64,000 nt of DNA from Candidatus Bathyarchaeota archaeon. GTDB lineage: Archaea > Thermoproteota > Bathyarchaeia > 40CM-2-53-6. Position numbers and translations under genes: made by a program. This document shows positions 29,396 to 40,709 of the stretch, one piece after another. Location: NCBI GenBank assembly GCA_963706285.1, contig CAVPLU010000013.1, positions 32,001 through 96,000 on the forward strand, in the 5' to 3' direction. Positions within the stretch are counted from its first letter, which is position 1. Every line of letters starts with the position of its first letter. The notes under the pieces were generated by a model, which saw only the letters and a list, made by a program, of their open reading frames with translations, was not told the origin of the DNA and made no database searches.

Positions 29396-32092
29396 TCACT
29401 TCAGAGCTAGCTCGACCCATGCTGTCCCGTCGTTCGAGTCGCGTCTGTGAAATCCTAATTCTTCACATATTCTGAGCATCGCTTGGTTGTCGGTTAATAC
29501 GAACCCGTAGATCTTCTCAAGCTCTTTCTCTTGACCTATACCTATGACCATGTCGACAAGCTTGTAGCCTAATCCTTTGCTCTGATAATCGTCGTGCACA
29601 ACAACGGCGAATTCGCCCTTCTTGAAATCCGTCTCGACAATCAATCTTCCAATGCCAACTATTCTCCTCTTCTCTCCCTGTCTCACTTCTGCCACAATCG
29701 CTATCTCGCGATCGTAGTCGATGTTGCAGTATCTCAGCACCATCTCATGACTGACCTTAGTGACTTGGAAGAACCTGCCTCTAAGCGTCTCTTCACTAAG
29801 TGTTGTAAGCATCTCAAATTCCAAAGGCTCGTCCTCAGGCCTAATCGGTCTCAGAAGGACTTCTGTGCCATCTGTCATCTTCCAAGGGGTCACGTATCGC
29901 GTCGGGTATGGAGAAATAACCAAATGCGAATACGGCGACGGCCTCGCAAGGGCATTCTTGTCGATTACTATTCTTGCGTCAAGGGCGTACGCTTTCCCCT
30001 CCGATATTGCGAGTGGGTTTACGTCTATCTCAGCAATTTCCGGAAAGTCCACGATTAGATTTGAGAATCTGACAATTATCTCTTCCAACTGCCTCATGTC
30101 GGCTCCGGCTTTTCCTCTAAAGCCTTGGAGCATCTTGTGAACTTTGGTGTCTTCCATCAGTCTCCGTGCTAATGTTTGATTCAGAGGTGGCAATCCAATA
30201 GAGAAATCTCTGATTACTTCGGCGCCCGTACCGCCGTATCCAAACAGTATCACTGAGCCGAAATCTCGGTCTTTTCTAGCTCCAAGTATGAGCTCGTAAT
30301 CTATCTTCTCGATCATCTTCTGAACTGTCACGCCTGATATCTTAGCTTCTGGGTGTTTGGTCTTGACGCGTTGCATCATAGCCTCATATTCTGACCTCAG
30401 TTTCTTCTCCGAATCTATTCCAGTCACAACGCCACCGACGTCGGTCTTGTGGATGATCTGAGGAGATGCGATCTTGAGGACAATGGGATATCCGATTTCA
30501 TCCGCTAGACGGACCGCGCCGTCGGCATTATGAGCCAAGTATGGTTTGGTCGTCGGGATTCCGTAGTTGCTGAGGAATCTCTTAGAATCCTTCTCACTGA
30601 CTGCGGTTGTCCCTTCCTTTGCGAGTCTTGCTATGAGTGCTTTCAAGTTGCTTTTTGGAGGTGCCTGATCTACGGAAAGTTCAGCCGGAGTCTCGTACAG
30701 TAGCTCGAGATTCCTTCCGTATTTGTACATGTAAACATAGGTTTTGACTGCATCTTCGGGTGTATCGTAGGCCGGTATGTTGCTCTTCGCGAAGACTGTC
30801 CTTGCCTCACGAACCCCCTCTCCGCCCATCCATGTAGCGAGTATTGGCTTCCAAGCATTCTTTGCCACTTCAACAATCTCTCTTGCAAGATCTAGCGGCT
30901 TGGCTGCACCTTGAGGCGTGTATACGACAAGAACTCCATCCACCTCAGGATCGTTCAGGCACACATTCAACGCGTTGACATATCTGTCAACGCCCGCATC
31001 TCCAAGGACATCAATTGGGTTACCCCGACTCCAATAGCCTGGAAGGACGGAATTGAGCTGTCTTATGGTTTCATCTGAGAGCTTCGCCAGTTGGCCTCCC
31101 AGCTCGATCAGCTCGTCAGTCGCCATCACGCCAGGTCCGCCGGCGTTGGTGACGATTCCAAGCCTTTGCCCACGGGGCAAATGCTTTGAGTCAAGCACTG
31201 TTGCGGAGTTGAACAGATCACCTACTTCTTTCACCCTGACTACGCCCGCCCTCTTGAAGGCGGCATCGTAGACCTCGTCGTCACTTGCCATAGCGCCAGT
31301 GTGAGAAAGTGCTGCTTTGGCGCTTTCCGCGAATCTACCCGGTTTCACGACAATTATCGGTTTTGTACGCGCGAATCCTTTGGCGGCACTCATGAATTTC
31401 CTTGCGTTCCCAACACCTTCCATGTAGATCATGATGCTTCTAGTGTTCGGGTCGTCACCGAGGAAATCGATCAGATCGCCAAAATCCACATCAATCATTG
31501 AACCGAGCGAGGCAAACATGCTGAAGCCTATGTGCGAGTCTACGGCCCAATCAAGCATTGCGCTGCCTAACGCACCGCTTTGCGAGATGAATGCGATATT
31601 GCCGCGCTCCGGTCGAGTCTTCAGAAACGATCCGTTCAGATCGATATTTGGGCGAATTATGCCAACGCAGTTGGGCCCGATGATTCTCATCCCGTACTTT
31701 TTCCGGATCTCCGCTATCTGATCTTCGAGTCGTTTTCCGTCTTCACCAATCTCCTTGAATCCAGCTGAAATTATTACTGCACCCGCCGCGCCAGCTTTTC
31801 CGCACTGTTCTACCACCTCCGGCACGATACGCGCGGGAGTCGCTACCACTGCAAGATCAATTTGATCCGGCACTTGGGAGATATCTGGATAACACTGGAT
31901 TCCCAACACCGCGCTTCTGTTCGGGTTGATTGGATAGATCTTCCTATTCTTTGAAAGCAGGAGATTTTCCATGATAGCTCTTCCGACGCTGCCTTCCTTC
32001 TCGCTGGCACCGATGAGAGCAACCGTCTTCGGATTGAGCATTCTTCTTAATCCGTCGCTCTTCTCGGTAGAAATTATGCTCAACCGGTTCAT
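29396..32092 (-). CDS. ADP-forming acyl-CoA synthetase-GNAT fusion (Pat/PatZ-like acetyltransferase)
   Basis: VALIGAS, GPNC, SQSG, SHTG, ATP-grasp HKTDVGGV, C-terminal GNAT (YQSKGLG). Confidence 0.92.
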   Translation of the reverse strand: MNRLSIISTEKSDGLRRMLNPKTVALIGASEKEGSVGRAIMENLLLSKNRKIYPINPNRSAVLGIQCYPDISQVPDQIDLAVVATPARIVPEVVEQCGKAGAAGAVIISAGFKEIGEDGKRLEDQIAEIRKKYGMRIIGPNCVGIIRPNIDLNGSFLKTRPERGNIAFISQSGALGSAMLDWAVDSHIGFSMFASLGSMIDVDFGDLIDFLGDDPNTRSIMIYMEGVGNARKFMSAAKGFARTKPIIVVKPGRFAESAKAALSHTGAMASDDEVYDAAFKRAGVVRVKEVGDLFNSATVLDSKHLPRGQRLGIVTNAGGPGVMATDELIELGGQLAKLSDETIRQLNSVLPGYWSRGNPIDVLGDAGVDRYVNALNVCLNDPEVDGVLVVYTPQGAAKPLDLAREIVEVAKNAWKPILATWMGGEGVREARTVFAKSNIPAYDTPEDAVKTYVYMYKYGRNLELLYETPAELSVDQAPPKSNLKALIARLAKEGTTAVSEKDSKRFLSNYGIPTTKPYLAHNADGAVRLADEIGYPIVLKIASPQIIHKTDVGGVVTGIDSEKKLRSEYEAMMQRVKTKHPEAKISGVTVQKMIEKIDYELILGARKDRDFGSVILFGYGGTGAEVIRDFSIGLPPLNQTLARRLMEDTKVHKMLQGFRGKAGADMRQLEEIIVRFSNLIVDFPEIAEIDVNPLAISEGKAYALDARIVIDKNALARPSPYSHLVISPYPTRYVTPWKMTDGTEVLLRPIRPEDEPLEFEMLTTLSEETLRGRFFQVTKVSHEMVLRYCNIDYDREIAIVAEVRQGEKRRIVGIGRLIVETDFKKGEFAVVVHDDYQSKGLGYKLVDMVIGIGQEKELEKIYGFVLTDNQAMLRICEELGFHRRDSNDGTAWVELALK

Positions 32093-32235
32093 CTCGCCTG
32101 TAATTGCTTGTTGCCGCTAATGGTCGCAAATCGTCTCTTATAGAGGAACCTGACTTTCCATGACCAATTTCAAAGATGTTTTCATATTTCAATTCTTAAT
32201 ACGGAGTTCACTTACCCATCCGAGCGACTTCGAAG

Positions 32236-33423
32236 ATGCCAAAATCCAGAGTGTTCTTCACCGACAGAAAGGCTGAGACGTACTACAACATGCTTGACAA
32301 GTTGGAACACGTGCTTAGCGAACTTGGCCTTTCGCGGGCGATCAAGAGAGGAGACAAGGTGATGATTAAAACACACTTTGGTCAGTGGGGCAACACGAAC
32401 TACATCCGCCCCGCATACGTCCGAAAAATAGTTGAAATTGTCAAGGCCGCAGGCGGAGAACCCTTCGTGGCTGAATCCTGCGGACTAGGTTATGGTGAAG
32501 GGGGACCATATGGAGGACGAACGACCGCTCCGGAATATGTCAAGATGGCAGCATTGAACGGGTTCAGTGAGGCTACTCTGAACGCTCCGATCATAATGGC
32601 TGACGGTTACTGGGGAACAGACACCTACGATGTTGCAGTTGATGGCGACTTCATCAAGAAGGTCGATGTTGCGTCTGCTGTGCTGGATTGTGATCAAGTG
32701 ATAGTCCTCAGCCATGCGAAGGGGCATCTTCATGGCGGCATCGCGGGCAGCCTCAAGAATCTCGGGATCGGTTTAGTTGGCAAACGCGGCAAAGCCGCGA
32801 TGCACGTCATGGGCGAGGTCAAAATTGACCCTGCCAAATGCAGAGGTCCTGAATGTTCCAAATGTCTCGATGTCTGCCCTGTCAGGTGTATCGTGATGGA
32901 GGAGAAGGCGGAGATCGATTCAAGAAGATGCATCTCTTGCACTCACTGCGCAAGCGTCTGCAACAGAATTGGCGTAAAGGCAATTGCAGTCAAATGGAGG
33001 CCTGATCACGATCAGGCTCCAAGGTTTGTCGAGAACGCGGCTGGCGTGGTCAAGTCGATTGGCGCTGACAAGTTCTACTACGTCAACCTGGCAGTCGATA
33101 TCTCTGACAAATGCGACTGCTGGGACGTAGGCCCTACGCTATTGGTTCATGATATTGGAATCTTTGGATCGCGTGACCCTGTGGCTGTGGATCAAGCATG
33201 CTTTGACGCTGTCAGCAACGCAGAGCCAAATCCAGAATCAATCGTTGGCAAGTTGAAGCCTGGCGTAGACAAGTTTGCTGTAGCACATTCCTCAAAGGAC
33301 CCGAAGACCGGCAAGATGCTTCATCTTGCAGACATTCAACTGGCGCACGCCGAAAAGATGGGCCTTGGTGACAGAGATTACCAGTTGGTTACATTGACCA
33401 AGGAGCCACCGAAAAAGGCATGA
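32236..33423 (+). CDS. DUF362 Fe-S protein
   Basis: IKTHFG, SHAKGH, KNLGIG, ferredoxin-type Cys motifs, CDC, DPVAVDQA. Confidence 0.88.
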   Translation: MPKSRVFFTDRKAETYYNMLDKLEHVLSELGLSRAIKRGDKVMIKTHFGQWGNTNYIRPAYVRKIVEIVKAAGGEPFVAESCGLGYGEGGPYGGRTTAPEYVKMAALNGFSEATLNAPIIMADGYWGTDTYDVAVDGDFIKKVDVASAVLDCDQVIVLSHAKGHLHGGIAGSLKNLGIGLVGKRGKAAMHVMGEVKIDPAKCRGPECSKCLDVCPVRCIVMEEKAEIDSRRCISCTHCASVCNRIGVKAIAVKWRPDHDQAPRFVENAAGVVKSIGADKFYYVNLAVDISDKCDCWDVGPTLLVHDIGIFGSRDPVAVDQACFDAVSNAEPNPESIVGKLKPGVDKFAVAHSSKDPKTGKMLHLADIQLAHAEKMGLGDRDYQLVTLTKEPPKKA

Positions 33424-33481
33424 ACCTTGGTGAGAAGGATTTCTCACGCGTGCCGAAATCGATGACGGAGGAGAATGCTGA

Positions 33482-34234
33482 ATGTCGCAGTTGAGCGGGA
33501 AAGTCGCGCTCGTCACAGGAGGCGGGCGAGGCTTAGGACACGCAATGGCGCTCGCGTTTGCAGGCGCAGGAGCAGATGTAGCTGTTGCCAGCCGAACAAG
33601 AGAACAGCTGGATATAGTTGTTGAGGAGATTCGCGCAAGAGATAGACGCGGCATCGCTGTGGAGGTTGATGTGACTGATAGCGCGTCCGTTACGCGAATG
33701 GTTGAGACAACACGCGAGGAGTTCGGACGAATTGATGTTCTAGTGAACAGCGCGGGCGTGGGCTGGGTGTCACGCGTCACGCAGATGAATGATGATTTGT
33801 GGAAGCTGATTATCGATACGAACCTGACAGGGACATTCTACTGTTGTCGCGAAGTGGCGCGATTGATGATTGAACAGAAGAATGGCAGCATCATCAACAT
33901 GGCGTCGGTTGCAGGAGTTAAAGGCCCGCCGGGATTAGGTGCATATGCGGCGAGCAAGGGAGGCGTGATCGCGCTGACTCGCGTGCTTGCTCTTGAGAAC
34001 GTGCGCTTCAATGTCCGGGTGAATGCGATTGCGCCCGGCTATTTTCGAACTGATATGAATGCGGCTGCACTGGATGACCCCGAGATGGGGCCTAAGGTGA
34101 TAGGCCGTATTCCGATGCGCCGAGCTGGACGCCCGGAGGAGATTGGCCCACTCGCCGTATACCTTGCCAGTGATGATGCGTCCTATGTCACTGGAGAGGT
34201 CTATTTCATAAGCGGTGGCGAGATGGCTCAATAG
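33482..34234 (+). CDS. Short-chain dehydrogenase/reductase
   Basis: TGGGRGLG, NSAG, YAASK. Confidence 0.93.
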   Translation: MSQLSGKVALVTGGGRGLGHAMALAFAGAGADVAVASRTREQLDIVVEEIRARDRRGIAVEVDVTDSASVTRMVETTREEFGRIDVLVNSAGVGWVSRVTQMNDDLWKLIIDTNLTGTFYCCREVARLMIEQKNGSIINMASVAGVKGPPGLGAYAASKGGVIALTRVLALENVRFNVRVNAIAPGYFRTDMNAAALDDPEMGPKVIGRIPMRRAGRPEEIGPLAVYLASDDASYVTGEVYFISGGEMAQ

Positions 34235-34363
34235 AGGAGCCAAGAATATCCTGGCTCTCTTCCATGCGAGCAAGGCAGAAGATCCGGGAGCGCAAACCAG
34301 GGGTGCGTCTCCTCTAGCAGTGCCCATTTCGCGTCAGGCTGGAGGATCTGAGGCTTTCTCGCT

Positions 34364-36256
34364 ACATCTTCTTGCGTGCCGTTGGGTTGTCTCAGGTGCT
34401 GGTCAAAGAAATTAGCGATCAACTTCGTGATCTCAGTACGGGTTGGCCTGATTACGCCACCCACAGGAGCGAAACCATGTCCAGCATTCTTGACTATGAC
34501 CAACGTGACGGGAATACCGACGGCTCTGAGCCGTTCGTAGAGTTCCAGCGACTGACTCACAGGCACGAGCGTGTCTTTTTCACCGTGTAGAATCAAGAAC
34601 GGCGGATCGTCACTGGAGGCATAGGATACAGGACTGGCCCATTTGAGAACCTCAGATCGCTGAATCCGTGACGTTGAATACTTCTTGAAGGAGATGTGGG
34701 TTTGCGCCGTTGAAGACCTGTGTCAAATCGCTGGGACCGAACATGTCCACCACAGCCTGTACCCGGCTCGATTGGTCAATGTAGCCGCCTGAACCTTCGA
34801 AACCCGCATCCCGATCAGTCAGCCCCAAAAGAGAGACAAGGTGACCACCTGCACTGCCGCCCCAAGCTCCAATTCGCTCAGGATTCAAGCCGTACGATTG
34901 CGCATTGGCCCTCAGGAAACGAACAGCACATTTGACGTCTTCGATTTGTGCCGGGAACGTGTACTCAGGTGCGAGACGATAGTTCACAGCTGCAACGAGA
35001 TAGCCTCGTCTTACCATCTCTCCTATCTCTTGCACTCCCGCTCCCGATGCTTTGTCCCCTTTCGTCCAACCACCACCATGGACGTACAATACCGCCGGAG
35101 CCAGTCCGTTCGTATTCGTGGGACGGTAGATGTCCATCTTCAGCTGAAAACTATCACCAGTACAGTAGGCGACATCTCGTTCAACATTGGCCTGGCCAAA
35201 TGAAACTGGCGTTGCAGTATCAGCAGCGCGTGGGTCGACGCCCGGATGAGTCTTCTCCCATTGGGAGAAAGCATCTGCCATCTCCGAGAAAGTTGCCCAG
35301 CGAATCCTCCCAGCTTTTGCGAGTGGATTGATGACATCGGCTAAGAATTGGTCGACGATTGCGTAGGGTTTGGTGGAGTCGCCGCGGAACTCACCTGGAT
35401 GGATTGTAATGTGGAAGACGTTGACACGGTTTGGTTTTGCCGTCTCCAAGGACCTATTGAGGCTCTCTGCGAGGTAGTCGAAGTATGCTTGATCTCCGCC
35501 GGTCTGAGTTATCTGTCGCTTCGCAGCGAAATCTGCAGGATCGTAGGAACCATCTGGCAGGTAGATGACCTTGCCCTGCGGATCATATTTCGCAAAAGCG
35601 ACAAGACTCTGCTCGGTCGGTCCTGCCGAAGGACGCCAAGGGCTTACTCCCACGACTAGCTCGTTGGTCTGTTGCAGGTGAGGATTCTTCCAGTCGCTCA
35701 TCACGTCCAAGCCGGCGATTGCAGCCGCATCCAAGATGCCAGGGTAGAGGTTCCCACCGCTCCAGTAGCGGACCTCTGTCGCTCCTGCCATTTTGAGATA
35801 GGAGATCTCCTGAGTCATCGCCGCCGCCCATGTCTGGACCGACTGGACCTCGGGGTTCGCTCCCAGATGCGCGTCCTCATGGAAGTGAAGACCAATCTCG
35901 TGACCGGACGCCTCAAGGTCCGCAAACAGGGTCTCACCGGATCGGATTGCCACAAGAGTGAATGGTGTCTGGGCCTGAACCGTCAGTTTTGCTCCGTATC
36001 GCTCGACGATTCTGGCTAGAGTGCGTATGTCTTCAACATGATGATTGAAGAATGCTGGATCGTTGTAGTTGCCCTTGCCGGGTCTCTTGCCATCAAACGG
36101 TTCGATATGTATCCCAATGCCAACCAACAGCACGCCGTCGGAAGGAGGATTTTCTGAACCTGATGAATGTAGGCTTGTTGCTTCTATGTAGACTGCAGAT
36201 GTGATTCCTCCAATAGCAAGGGCGATTATCAACAATGCAATTGTCGTCTTGTGCAA
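34364..36256 (-). CDS. Secreted polysaccharide-deacetylase-like plus alpha/beta hydrolase fusion (frameshift ~34655; end approximate)
   Basis: Signal/TM; IHIEP...GHEIGLHFH; HGGGW, GSAGG; ASP...HGEKD...AGHGF continues in the next frame (ORF 34228-34596). Confidence 0.78.
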
Positions 36257-36309
36257 TCTCTTTCCGTTCCCCTTCTTGGTTCTGTGGTTTCGATGATGAT
36301 GCAGAGACT

Positions 36310-36480
36310 TAAAGGGCGAATGAACGAATCATCCTTCCCGAACTGCTGAACTGGATTTTCAGGTAGGCGTAGAAGCGCGACACGTCTTCAAGCAGCTTCA
36401 TCTTGCGGTTCTCGCCTAGCTCCGCGTTGGCTAGGAAGTAATTAACGGACTCCTCGAAGTGCGCAGTTGGGATTCGCGCA
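36310..36480 (-). pseudogene. Tyrosine integrase N-terminal fragment
   Basis: Translates ESVNYFLANAELGENRKMKLLEDVSRFYAYLKI, homologous to the fragment at ~61100-61190. Confidence 0.6.
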
Positions 36481-36692
36481 CCAGCCTGCCAGTATCGAGT
36501 ATCTCATATCTGGGGAGGCTGTTCCAATACCTGCAGGCGTTCGAATCTGATGGGTCCGCCATCTCCTTGACCAAGAAATCGCCTTCAACTTTCGTCACGC
36601 GCAATTTCTTATGTGAGTAGACGTGGTCTTTTCTCTAGGTCGGTTTTTTATCGCCAGTCTGACTCTAGCATACGCGTGAGGCGAGTGGCGTT

Positions 36693-36905
36693 ATGTCGGA
36701 AAAGGAGTATGATGTTCGGGTAGAGGGGAACCTTGAGATAATCAAGGGGCTGCTTGAGCAAGGGTACGAATACATTTGCGACTTCCAGGACGGGCCCATT
36801 GCTCTCAAAATGTTCAGGAGGAGCGTTGGCGTTCGTGAGAAGGCTCTTCATAGTGAGGGCGCAGGCTCGGACAAGACGACTAGACGAAAAGGCAGTCGAT
36901 TCTAG
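36693..36905 (+). pseudogene. Probable integrase C-terminal tail fragment
   Basis: EYDVRV...IKGLLEQGYEYICDF...KMFRR resembles the C-terminal tail of archaeal site-specific integrases as recalled. Confidence 0.5.
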
Positions 36906-37141
36906 AAGAACGCTCATTCATGCTATTGTAATTGGCTCCGCTTAGCAGAGCGGTGGTGACGGATTCAACAAGGACAACACGTTGAGGCTACAGGCTTGAA
37001 TCGCAGCCATATCTCTGAGATCGCACTTTGAAGCTCTTCCTGACCATCTTTTTCCGAGTCTGAGTTGGCCTGCGAGAGTTGTATTTTCCCGGCGATAGCC
37101 ATTTCACTGTTGCACCTCTACTTCATCCTAGCATTCTCGCT

Positions 37142-39331
37142 TCATGCTTGCACTTTGCCATGCAAGTGTGATAGGCCGTGTTGTGTTTTCTCCCAGTAGA
37201 ACGGCTTTGTGACCAGTTGTATTACTCCTCTCCAGTCTCCGATACTTATCAGCACCCAGTAGAGTGGAATGATGAATGCAAAAGGAATTGATGTGTAGTT
37301 CTTCTTTACGACATACGGGCCCATGTGTAGGAGAATGAAGACACCGTTCCCAATGATGAGATTGAAGATGCAGATGTACACTATTGGATAGAAGAATAGG
37401 AAGTCGAACATTCCTGGGCTCAGCAGAGTCAGTGCCGTGACGGCCCACAATAGCGGATTAATCAAGGGAAGGAATATGTTTCCACCGAATGTCAGTTGGA
37501 AGTAGAAGAACTGTTTCCAGCCCATTTCTCGAAGCAATTTTCGTGGATGTCTCATATGAACTAGGTAGGTCTGTATGTATCCCTTGTTCCACCTGGATCT
37601 CTGCTTGATCCAGTTGCCGAGCTTGTTGTTTGCCTCCTCGTACGTGTACGAATTGAGCATGGCCGTCTTCAGTTTCTTTCTGGAGATTCTAACACCAAGA
37701 TCAGCATCCTCAGTGACATTGTATGGGTCCCAGCCACCGAGCTCACGTAGTTGCTTGGTTCTGAAGTGGTTGCTAGTGCCGCCTAGGGGAAGGGGCGCAC
37801 CCACGTGATCTAACCCGTCCAGGTAGTAATCATACCAGAATGAGTATTCCAGGGAGAACCACCTTGTGAGCAGGTTCTCTTTCGAATTGTAGAAATTCAG
37901 CCGAGACTGAAGGCAGACAACGTCTTCTCCGGCGCGAGAAAACGCAATGGCAGCTTTCTTCAACTGGTCAGGGTCAGGGTCATCCTCGGCATCGTATATG
38001 ACACAGTACTTCCCCTTCGCCCTCTGCAACCCATAATTGCATGCCCGTGGCTTCGTCTTGATCTCAGCGTCAGGGACGACAACTGCATCGAACACTCGCA
38101 GCGACTCCAAGTATTGTGTCATGAGCTCGTCGAGGCTACCCTTCAACAGGACTACATCGTCAGCCGAATCAACAAAGCTCTCTGGGATCTCCATTGTCTC
38201 ACCGCCGTTGCACTTCACTGCCAGGACCAATCCAGAGTTGCCTCTGGTGGCTCCCTTGACGCCTTCGAGCATACCTATTGTGTTCGCATTTCCATCTATC
38301 ACCCTCATAGAAGGTTGCAGTTTATTCATAGGGATCGATATCGTCCCCTGCTTGGCTAGGATGATTGGAGCGATCACGGCTTCCGGCTTGCCGAATAGTC
38401 CAAGTCTCTTCGCTTCATCAATTGTCTCCGTATCAGTCTCTTCCATCAGAATCTTGACGTCCAGCTTCTCGTGGGGGTAGTCGATTTTGTACACGTTCTC
38501 AATTATGTGTGATAGAATCCTTGCTTCATGATAGATAGGGATCAAAATCGTGTAGACCGGAAGATCCTCCTCAACCAGTTCTTTCAAGTCCTTGTCGGAT
38601 ACGCGTACCGATCTTCTGGAACCTCTGAATCCTCTAAATGAGACGTAGAACTTGATGGGGCTCACACCGAAGTAGAGTACGTTTATGGTAGCGAACACCA
38701 CGATGAATGAGACCGGATAATTCACGATGAAGAGTACCGCAAGGAACAGCCCAAGCCCAATAATGAAGCGTCTCTGCCATGGATAGAGAACGCGATGGGC
38801 GGACTCGTCTGGGCTACGATAACGAAGGTCAAGTAGCGCTCGGTCTTTGTGGATTTCGCGATATCCCTTCCCAACAGCGTGTTCAACACCGTCAATGGAG
38901 GTGACGCACAGTTCCACTTTGGCATGAAGTATTTCCTCCAGCATCGTGAGGAATCCTTCGTTGAGAGGATTCGCGGTAGCAATCCTTACTCTCCCATTTG
39001 ACAGATCCAACGGCAAAGCCAGATTCTCAAGCAACACTTTGTAGGGGAGCGTTGCTGCCAGCTCAGAGTTCTCTTCGATTTGATCACCGTGAATGAATGG
39101 AACACCTAGCTCACGAGCAAGGTCAGCAAAGAAGCGTTCATTCACCTTGATTTTGTGTGCCTGCAAAGCAAATATGAGGTTCTGTTCGGTCACATTGGAG
39201 CCATCTAGGAAGCTCAGATCTTCGCTGCAATACTCTCTCAGTTTGTCAATTAGCCAGCGTTTCCTGATTGTTGTAGCGACCTGCAAGTTTATTCTCGCCT
39301 CTCTACGAGCGAAGTTGCGCTCTTGTGGCAT
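37142..39331 (-). CDS. GT2 processive glycosyltransferase with N-terminal T2SSE_N-like domain and internal PRC-barrel-like insert
   Basis: TKPRACN, YDAED, GGTSNHF, TEDADLG, QRSRW, WEKTQHG; N-terminal LALPL...IATANP. Confidence 0.9.
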   Translation of the reverse strand: MPQERNFARREARINLQVATTIRKRWLIDKLREYCSEDLSFLDGSNVTEQNLIFALQAHKIKVNERFFADLARELGVPFIHGDQIEENSELAATLPYKVLLENLALPLDLSNGRVRIATANPLNEGFLTMLEEILHAKVELCVTSIDGVEHAVGKGYREIHKDRALLDLRYRSPDESAHRVLYPWQRRFIIGLGLFLAVLFIVNYPVSFIVVFATINVLYFGVSPIKFYVSFRGFRGSRRSVRVSDKDLKELVEEDLPVYTILIPIYHEARILSHIIENVYKIDYPHEKLDVKILMEETDTETIDEAKRLGLFGKPEAVIAPIILAKQGTISIPMNKLQPSMRVIDGNANTIGMLEGVKGATRGNSGLVLAVKCNGGETMEIPESFVDSADDVVLLKGSLDELMTQYLESLRVFDAVVVPDAEIKTKPRACNYGLQRAKGKYCVIYDAEDDPDPDQLKKAAIAFSRAGEDVVCLQSRLNFYNSKENLLTRWFSLEYSFWYDYYLDGLDHVGAPLPLGGTSNHFRTKQLRELGGWDPYNVTEDADLGVRISRKKLKTAMLNSYTYEEANNKLGNWIKQRSRWNKGYIQTYLVHMRHPRKLLREMGWKQFFYFQLTFGGNIFLPLINPLLWAVTALTLLSPGMFDFLFFYPIVYICIFNLIIGNGVFILLHMGPYVVKKNYTSIPFAFIIPLYWVLISIGDWRGVIQLVTKPFYWEKTQHGLSHLHGKVQA

Positions 39332-39813
39332 GCAATTGAGACAAGCGATTTCGTTTCGACTACGCCATCTATGTGGGACAAGGCCTCAAGGATCCGATCG
39401 AGTCTGTCTTGTTCGACTATGAGTACGACGTCCGCGTCTCCGGTGACTCTGAAAATCTCGGTGACAGGTAGCTCGTCGATCCTCTGAATTGCCTCGGACC
39501 TTTTCTGAGGCAAGATTCTGACATTCAGAATTACTGGGGCCGTTCGATATCCGACTGCTTCCAAGCCTTCTTTGGTCACGTTTATGAAGCCACGACCGAC
39601 TTGGATAAGGCCGGACTCTCGGAGTTTCTTGAAATGAAGGCTGAGTGCCTGGCGAGTGATCTGTAACTCCTTAGCTAGCTCGACTTGTCCGATGGACACA
39701 TTGTAGACAGTCTTTCTATGTCCATTCTGAAGGAGCAAATTTAGAATCTGTAGAGACTTTGAGGTCGGGAACCTCAAGGAGAGATTTGGTGCAGCGCTCA
39801 TTTGTGCCTTCAA
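39289..39813 (-). CDS. Lrp/AsnC-family regulator
   Basis: QVELAKELQITRQALSLH HTH; RVTGDAD...GVVETKS. Confidence 0.85.
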   Translation of the reverse strand: MKAQMSAAPNLSLRFPTSKSLQILNLLLQNGHRKTVYNVSIGQVELAKELQITRQALSLHFKKLRESGLIQVGRGFINVTKEGLEAVGYRTAPVILNVRILPQKRSEAIQRIDELPVTEIFRVTGDADVVLIVEQDRLDRILEALSHIDGVVETKSLVSIACHKSATSLVERRE

Positions 39814-40021
39814 ACAAGAGCTTGCCTTTGTAAAGGCTACCCTTGCTTTCGTCGTGAGAGATTTCAGTAATGGTCAAGGCGTTTCGCTAGTATAGCCGCA
39901 TCTGCGCTCGACAATAGCACACTGTCACTACAATGGGTCAAGTTGGAGGACAGCGGATAGAACTGCCAGGGGACCATACTCTGCCATAGAGACAACGAAG
40001 CGAAGGGATTGAGATAGTGGG

Positions 40022-40457
40022 TTGAACAAGATCCTAGTTGTGGATGATGAATTCATACTTCGAGACTTGATGCGGACAATTCTAGAAGAGGAAGGGTACA
40101 GAGTGATCACAGCGTCTGATGGAGAGGAGGCACTAACGAAGGCGGACAATGAGCTGCCCGACTTAATCATATTGGATTTGATGATGCCAGGGAAGAGTGG
40201 TCTAGAGGTCTGCAAGATCCTGAAAGGTCAAGACCAAGACGAAGCACATCCCAGTCGTGATGGCCACTGTTCTTGGCCGCGAAGTTGATAGGACCTTGAC
40301 GAAAGCGGCTGGAGCTGACGCGCACTTCATGAAGCCCTTCAGCGCTTTCGCGCTTTTGACTGAAGTCAGACGACAGCTTGACAATGCAAAGGAATCGAAG
40401 TCCCTCAAAGAATTGGGAAGACCCCTGTCGTTGAACAGCATCGCGATGAACGCTTGA
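40022..40457 (+). CDS. Response regulator receiver (apparent +1 frameshift ~40232)
   Basis: VVDDE, LDLMMP, then GADAHFMKPF in the next frame. Confidence 0.85.
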
Positions 40458-40709
40458 GCGTCGCATGTCACAATCTCGCTTCACCGGTTTAGCAATCGAA
40501 CCTCCAGACCGCCAACGGGTTGCGCAAAACACGACACGGCTGGTATTCGACCCAGGAATAGCCTCGGATCCTCGTACCGAATCCGTCTGCACTTGATTCA
40601 GAAGACGCTTACGACCTGGGAGGCTTCAGCACGCATGCGACCTACTGAAAACAACGGATAACTAACCTTACAACGTAGCCCCTCAACGACGTACTATCGG
40701 GCACGACTT

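Noticed and set aside
29396-32092. Acyl-CoA synthetase-GNAT fusion as a novelty
   Set aside because: Well-known Pat/PatZ architecture.
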